Source of the DNA: an uncultured Verrucomicrobiae bacterium
Lineage (GTDB): Bacteria; Verrucomicrobiota; Verrucomicrobiia; Chthoniobacterales; Chthoniobacteraceae
Assembly (NCBI GenBank): GCA_963769025.1
Contig: CAVYKI010000012.1
Span: 256,001 to 320,000 of the forward strand
Direction: 5' to 3'
Length of the DNA stretch: 64,000 nt
The notes under the pieces are model-generated. The model saw only the letters and a program-made list of their open reading frames with translations, did no database searches and was not told the origin of the DNA. The position numbers and the translations under genes are program-made. How positions within the stretch are numbered: position 1 is the stretch's first letter; each line of letters starts with the position of its first letter. Positions 58,897-64,000 of this stretch are shown in pieces.

Positions 58897-59056
58897 TTCG
58901 CCGCCGCTGCGCACACGCTCTCCGCGTTGCCGTTGAACAAGCCGTTCGCGATGCACGTCAGACGCAGTGCGAACATTCAACGGCGGCAGCGGTGAATTCC
59001 GCTGAAACCTGGCCATCATCCGGGTGGGGTTGGAATCCCCGGCCGCCGGCATTTTT
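58897..59056 (+). ncRNA. Candidate structured RNA with cloverleaf-like 3' module
   Basis: Manual pairing: CGGCGGC/GCCGCCG closing three hairpins including GGGG-TTGGAAT-CCCC; competing upstream stems; followed by a T-run. Confidence 0.3.
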
Positions 59057-59139
59057 CATGCGCCGGGGGATCTGCGAACGGGCATTGCACACAGGTAGGC
59101 CGGCCATTACACTGAAAGTGGAAAAACCCCAGGAGCCTT

Positions 59140-59823
59140 ATGAACGAAAAAACGCTCAGTCTTTACCAACACGTACTGCGGGGACTGTCGGAGGAATGTT
59201 CCCAAATCGAGTCTCTCGACGAGAGGTTCGTATCCTTCGTGTCGGACGTCCGCGACATCGAGCGGGATGCCATCGCCGGCGCCCCTCCGGCGGATTGGGA
59301 GCGCGACTGGACCCGCATCGGCACGTTGCTCGCCGACATCCACGTGCACGCGGCCAATGCGCGCAAGCGGCTTCAGGACACCGTATCGCCCGACAGCGAT
59401 CCCCTGGCGGAGTGGGCGCCGGTCGCCGCGATCGACGATGAAATCGAGGCGTTGCTCGCAAAGCGGAAGGCCGCCGCGGCCGCGCTGGTGACGCCGGCGA
59501 AGCACGCCGACTGGGAGGCTGGATGGATGGCGCTTGAATCCCATTTTTTCACGTTGCGCGCGCACGCGAGGAGCTTGCAGGTGAAGCTCGAATTGCAACG
59601 CCGCTTCGGAAAACAGAAGGCCACGGAGATCGCCGCGGATCTGGCCGCGAAGCTGCCGGAAGACCTGCGCGACGCGAAGGGCGTCGAGGCGCTCCACAAG
59701 GCTGACGAGCAGTTGCAGGAGGACCGTCAGCATTTCCATGGCGTCTGGGACATGTTGAAGGCGCTCGCGCTCTGGGTGGAAACCCCTGAAGAGCGCGCCC
59801 GGCAGATCCGCGAGGAAAAATAG
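59140..59823 (+). CDS. Hypothetical helical protein
   Basis: 227-aa ORF with AGGAG RBS upstream. Confidence 0.7.
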   Translation: MNEKTLSLYQHVLRGLSEECSQIESLDERFVSFVSDVRDIERDAIAGAPPADWERDWTRIGTLLADIHVHAANARKRLQDTVSPDSDPLAEWAPVAAIDDEIEALLAKRKAAAAALVTPAKHADWEAGWMALESHFFTLRAHARSLQVKLELQRRFGKQKATEIAADLAAKLPEDLRDAKGVEALHKADEQLQEDRQHFHGVWDMLKALALWVETPEERARQIREEK

Positions 59824-60163
59824 CACCCGCGGAGCATCGCCTTCGCGAAGACCCGGTCGATCGCTGCGGGCTCGCTGCGTCGGCTGACTCACTCAAAGGA
59901 CCGTGCGAGCCAAACGGAAGGCGCGCGGTCCGATCGGGCGTAGTGTCGGATTGTGTGAAGCCCCGGTGGGCGCTCATTTTGAAGGAGGAAGCCATGAAAT
60001 CAGGAAACTCCTCCATGGGCGTCCTGCTTCATCAACTTCCGAACTGAGCCACTACCGACGCCGCCCGTATGGCTGATGGCCGGCGTTCATCCCACGGAAA
60101 GCGCCTTTCCTGCGCGTCAAGGACCGGTGGCCTTCGCGATGTAAATCCGTCCCTTTCGAGGAC

Positions 60164-60180
60164 TTGGCACCGGGCGTGCT
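60164..60180 (+). promoter_or_regulatory. Sigma54 (RpoN) -24/-12 promoter
   Basis: TTGGCACCGGGCGTGCT: GG and GC at exact consensus spacing, 17 nt before ATG 60198 with a GGAG RBS. Confidence 0.65.
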
Positions 60181-60197
60181 AAGGCACCCGGGAGTCC

Positions 60198-63100
60198 ATG
60201 ACTGGATCCGAAACTCATCGTCGACAGAAATCACGTCCCTGCCGCCACTTGCGACTACTTGCCGCAGTGGTGTCCGGCGTGTTGCTGGCATCGGCGAGTG
60301 CGCTTCGGGCCGCTACTTTGACGTGGACGGGGGCGGGTGGCGACGGGCTCGTCGGCACTGCTGCGAACTGGAGTCCCGCGCAGATCCCGGTTTCCGGTGA
60401 CGTGTTGATCTTCGCGGGAAGCACATCCCTCGCACCACAAACCGGGACGGCCTTGAGCGTCGGCTCGATCACTTTCAACAGTACGGCTTCGACGTTCACC
60501 CTCGGCGGCGCGGGCATGTACACGATCGGATCCGGTGGCCTCACCAACAGCAGTGCGAGCACACAGACCATCAACAACGCCATCACCCTCAGCGCGGCGC
60601 AGACGTGGAACGCGACCAGCGGCTCCCTGGTCTTCGGCGGCAATATCGCCAACGGCGGATTTCTGCTGACGCTCGGCGGCGGCTTTGCGACGGCCATCAA
60701 CGGTGTGATCAGCGGCACGGGCGGCCTCACGAAGGCCAGCACCAGCACCAACACCCTGACCTTGAATGGAGCCAACACCTACTCGGGGACGACCACCCTC
60801 TCGGGCACCAGCGGCACTGTCGCCATCGGCAACAACTCGGCCTTCGGCACCGGCACCCTCACGCTGGGCGGCGCGAGAATCCAGACCTCCGGCGGGGCTC
60901 GCACCATTGGCAACGCCATCAGCGTCACCGCCAACACGACCTTCACCAACGCGGACGACCTGACCTTCAACGGCAACTTGAGCATGACGGCCAACCGCAC
61001 GTTCACCACCAGCGGCGCGGGGATCGTCACCTTCAACGGCATCGTCACCCAAGCATCCGGCAGTCGCAGACTCACCAAGGCCGGCACCGGCACGCTGATC
61101 CTCAACGGTGCGAACACCCACACCGGCGGCACGACCCTCAGCGCGGGCACCCTCATCCTCGGCAACAACTCCGCCGCCGGCACCGGCACGTTTTCCCTCG
61201 GCGCCGGCACCATCCAGGCCGGCGGCGGTGCGCGCACTTTCACCAATGCCGTCACACTCGCGGGCAACACGACGTTCTCCGGCTCCAATGACTTCACCTT
61301 CACCGGCGCGGCGGCTGCATCGGCCACCCGCACGCTCACAGTCAGCAATGCTTCCACGACCTTCACCGGCGTCATCAGCGGTTCGGGCGGACTGACGAAA
61401 AACGGCGCCGGAACGCTTACCCTCGGTGGCACGGCCGCGAACACCTTGAGCGGCACCGTGAGGGTGAACGAAGGCGCGCTCGTGCTCAACAAGACGGCGG
61501 GCCTGAACGCATTCGGCGGCTCGGTACTCACGATCGGCGATTCGTCGGGGGCGGCAAATTCGGCCATCATCCGGCTCAACGCCTCCGGCCAGATTCCCTC
61601 CGCAGCGGCCGTGACGATCCGGACAGACGGCCAGCTCGATCTGCAAAGCTTCACCGACGACATCGGCACGCTGACCATGACCGGCGGCAGCGTCACCGGT
61701 ACGGCCACCTCGCGGCTCGACCTCGGCGGGAATCTCACCGCGACCACGACCGGCTCGAATGTCGCGATGATCACCTCGAATGTCGGCCTCAACGCATCGC
61801 GCACTTTTACCATCAACAACAACTCGGTCGCCACGGACAGCGATCTGACCGTCTCCGGGATCATTTCCGATGGCGGCGCAGCCAGCGCGATCACGAAGGC
61901 AGGTCTTGGGACGTTGCTCCTCAGCGGCGCGAACACTTTCAGCGGCGGTTCGAGCATCAACGCCGGCACCGTGACCATCGACCATTCCTCCGCGCTCGGC
62001 ACCGGCGCGGTGAACTTCGGCGACACCACCGGCAGCACCGCCGCCAGCGTGCTTTTCGGCACAAATGGCGGATACAATGTGACCAATGCCATCACCGTGC
62101 GCTCCGGCAGCACCGGTGCTCTGACACTGGGCGGCACGAACACCGGCGGCACGAATGCATTCAGCGGCGCCATCACGCTGAACAAATCCGTCACGCTCAC
62201 CGCCGAGGCGGGAGGCACGGTTGCATTCGGCGGCGCGATCTCGGGCGCGGGGTTCGGCATCACCGCCAACGGCACGGGCACCATGCTACTCAGCGGCGCG
62301 AACACGTACACCGGCCTGACGACCGTCAGCGGAGGCACGCTGGCCTACGGCGCCAGCAATGTCATCGCCACCGGCGGCGTCACCATTGACGGCGCCACGT
62401 CGGTCCTCGATCAGCGCGCAAACCAGAGTGACACGGTGGGGCAGGTCATTCTTTCCAACGGCGGCACCATCACCGGCAGCGGCACTTCCACTCTCAGCAG
62501 CACCGCGGGATTCGACTTGCGCGATGGCTCGGTGTCCATCGCGCTCGGCGGCAGCGTGGCGCTCACAAAATCCACCGCGTCCACCGTCACGCTCTCCGGG
62601 CAGAACACCTACACCGGAGCGACCAGCGTCACCGCCGGCACACTGGAACTCGGCATCGCAGGCAGTCTCCCGTCCGCATCCGCCGTCAGCATTTCCAGTG
62701 GCGCGGAGTTGGATCTCGGCGGGTACAATCAAACCATCGGCTCGCTCGCCGGCGCGGGCTCGGTCACGCTCGGAGCTGCGGTCCTGACGGCTGGCGGCGA
62801 CAGCAGCTCGACCACATTTTCCGGCGTCATCAGCGGCTCCGGCGCGCTCACGAAAACCGGCGGCGGCATTTTCACGGTGAGCGGAACGAACACCTACACT
62901 GGCGCAACGACCGTCAGCGCGGGCACGCTGCGGCTCGGCGCGTCCGATGGCGTGTTCAGTTCCACGGTGCTGAATGTGGCCGGCGGCGCGACCTTCGATC
63001 TCAACAACTTCTCCACAACCGTCGGCTCGCTCACCGGCGCGGGCAGCATCACCCTGGGCAGCGGCACTCTGACCTCGGGCGCCCACAGTTCGAATGTGAC

Positions 63101-64000
63101 CTTTTCCGGCGTCATCAGCGGCACCGGCGGCTACATCAAAAATGGAACCGACACGCTCACACTCACCGGCACCAACACCTTCTCCGGCGCGGTCACGATC
63201 AACAATGGCTCCCTCGTGCTCTCCGGTTCTTCGGGCGGCACCGCGAACGCCTCGGACTTCACCCTCGGCAGCGGCGCGACTTTGACGCTCGACAACAGCG
63301 CAGGCGACCAGAGCAACCGCATCGGCGACAGCGCGGCCATCACGCTCAAGGGCGGCACGCTGCGCTACGTCTCCGCCGGCAGCGGCTCGGGCGAAACCGT
63401 CGGCGCGCTCATCGCGTCAAGCGGCGCTTCCAATGTCACCGTCGTTCACAACGGCACGTCCACCGACAGCACCTCGCTGACGTTCAGCTCGCTCGGCACG
63501 ATCAGCGCCGGGGCGACAGTGAACTTCTCCGCCATCGGTGGCACGCTGGGCTCCGACGTTTTCGGCCCGCACATCTACATCACCGGCCAGGCGGAAGGTC
63601 TCATCGGCGGCTGGGCCACCGTCGGCAGCAATTTTGCCGAATACTATTCCGACGGCGTTCGCGCATTCAGCACCTACTACACCGGCAGCTTCGGCATCAA
63701 TGTGGACGACCCCACCAAGATCGTCCTCCTCGACAGCAGTTCACCTGCTTCCGCGTACACGCTCACGAACGATGGCACGACGACCGACCTCGGACTGAGT
63801 CTCACCGATGTTGCCAACGTCGATCTCGGCGCATCGGCATCGCGCACGCTGAATCTCCTGGGCGGCGGCCTGCTCAGTTCAATATCGCCCACGACCATCT
63901 CCGGCGCGGGACGGCTCACCGCCGGGGGCACGGCTGCCGGTTCGCTCGCGGTCTCGGTGGACGACGGTCACCCGCTCACGATTTCATCGAGCATCATCGA
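60198..64000 (+). CDS. Large secreted protein with autotransporter-associated beta-strand repeats (partial, >1260 aa)
   Basis: Own translation: MTGSETHRR...LLAAVVSGVLLASASALRAATLTWTGAGGDG..ANW; many G.LTK.G.GTL.L.G.NT(Y/F).G.T repeats; no stop seen in this frame, hence absent from the ORF track. Confidence 0.88.
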   Translation, partial: MTGSETHRRQKSRPCRHLRLLAAVVSGVLLASASALRAATLTWTGAGGDGLVGTAANWSPAQIPVSGDVLIFAGSTSLAPQTGTALSVGSITFNSTASTFTLGGAGMYTIGSGGLTNSSASTQTINNAITLSAAQTWNATSGSLVFGGNIANGGFLLTLGGGFATAINGVISGTGGLTKASTSTNTLTLNGANTYSGTTTLSGTSGTVAIGNNSAFGTGTLTLGGARIQTSGGARTIGNAISVTANTTFTNADDLTFNGNLSMTANRTFTTSGAGIVTFNGIVTQASGSRRLTKAGTGTLILNGANTHTGGTTLSAGTLILGNNSAAGTGTFSLGAGTIQAGGGARTFTNAVTLAGNTTFSGSNDFTFTGAAAASATRTLTVSNASTTFTGVISGSGGLTKNGAGTLTLGGTAANTLSGTVRVNEGALVLNKTAGLNAFGGSVLTIGDSSGAANSAIIRLNASGQIPSAAAVTIRTDGQLDLQSFTDDIGTLTMTGGSVTGTATSRLDLGGNLTATTTGSNVAMITSNVGLNASRTFTINNNSVATDSDLTVSGIISDGGAASAITKAGLGTLLLSGANTFSGGSSINAGTVTIDHSSALGTGAVNFGDTTGSTAASVLFGTNGGYNVTNAITVRSGSTGALTLGGTNTGGTNAFSGAITLNKSVTLTAEAGGTVAFGGAISGAGFGITANGTGTMLLSGANTYTGLTTVSGGTLAYGASNVIATGGVTIDGATSVLDQRANQSDTVGQVILSNGGTITGSGTSTLSSTAGFDLRDGSVSIALGGSVALTKSTASTVTLSGQNTYTGATSVTAGTLELGIAGSLPSASAVSISSGAELDLGGYNQTIGSLAGAGSVTLGAAVLTAGGDSSSTTFSGVISGSGALTKTGGGIFTVSGTNTYTGATTVSAGTLRLGASDGVFSSTVLNVAGGATFDLNNFSTTVGSLTGAGSITLGSGTLTSGAHSSNVTFSGVISGTGGYIKNGTDTLTLTGTNTFSGAVTINNGSLVLSGSSGGTANASDFTLGSGATLTLDNSAGDQSNRIGDSAAITLKGGTLRYVSAGSGSGETVGALIASSGASNVTVVHNGTSTDSTSLTFSSLGTISAGATVNFSAIGGTLGSDVFGPHIYITGQAEGLIGGWATVGSNFAEYYSDGVRAFSTYYTGSFGINVDDPTKIVLLDSSSPASAYTLTNDGTTTDLGLSLTDVANVDLGASASRTLNLLGGGLLSSISPTTISGAGRLTAGGTAAGSLAVSVDDGHPLTISSSII

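Noticed and set aside
58981..59050. tRNA-Sec or other functional tRNA
   Set aside because: No long variable arm, no U33, TCA not centred in the loop, T-loop TTGGAAT, no CCA
60215..63931. Long minus-strand ORFs (e.g. 60255..61985, 60779..62338)
   Set aside because: Antisense shadows of the plus-strand repeat protein

Overview
High-GC bacterial chromosomal window. Gene content, repeat types and a large autotransporter-repeat protein suggest Verrucomicrobiota (Chthoniobacterales-like); this taxonomy is inference. Housekeeping genes include msrB (partial), argJ, argB, an orphan nuoA, ruvA, bioA, nagB, glycerate kinase, def, rodA, a pseudouridine synthase and tRNA-Asn. Accessory modules: (1) a ynbABCD/plsC-like lipid operon whose last gene has an internal deletion; (2) a ROK/PIG-L/nagB amino-sugar operon; (3) a complete, rearranged dltD-C-X-A-B D-alanylation operon in an apparent diderm, with an extended DltB; (4) the best candidate for an undescribed system, an operon of a HydE/PylB-like radical SAM enzyme, a HemN-like radical SAM enzyme and a signal-peptide-bearing, internally duplicated double methyltransferase, next to an EamA transporter; (5) a DUF3570-ApbE / TlpA-DUF4266 flavinylation module; (6) a sugar ABC operon interrupted by a MazF-type toxin-antitoxin pair and by a REP-like palindrome inside the ATPase gene; (7) a sigma54-type promoter ahead of a giant beta-strand-repeat protein that runs off the window. 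Three genes carry single extra bases in short homopolymers, most likely assembly errors. Two intergenic structured-RNA candidates were noted. No CRISPR array, rRNA, integrase or transposase was seen. All calls come from reading motifs by eye; no searches were run.
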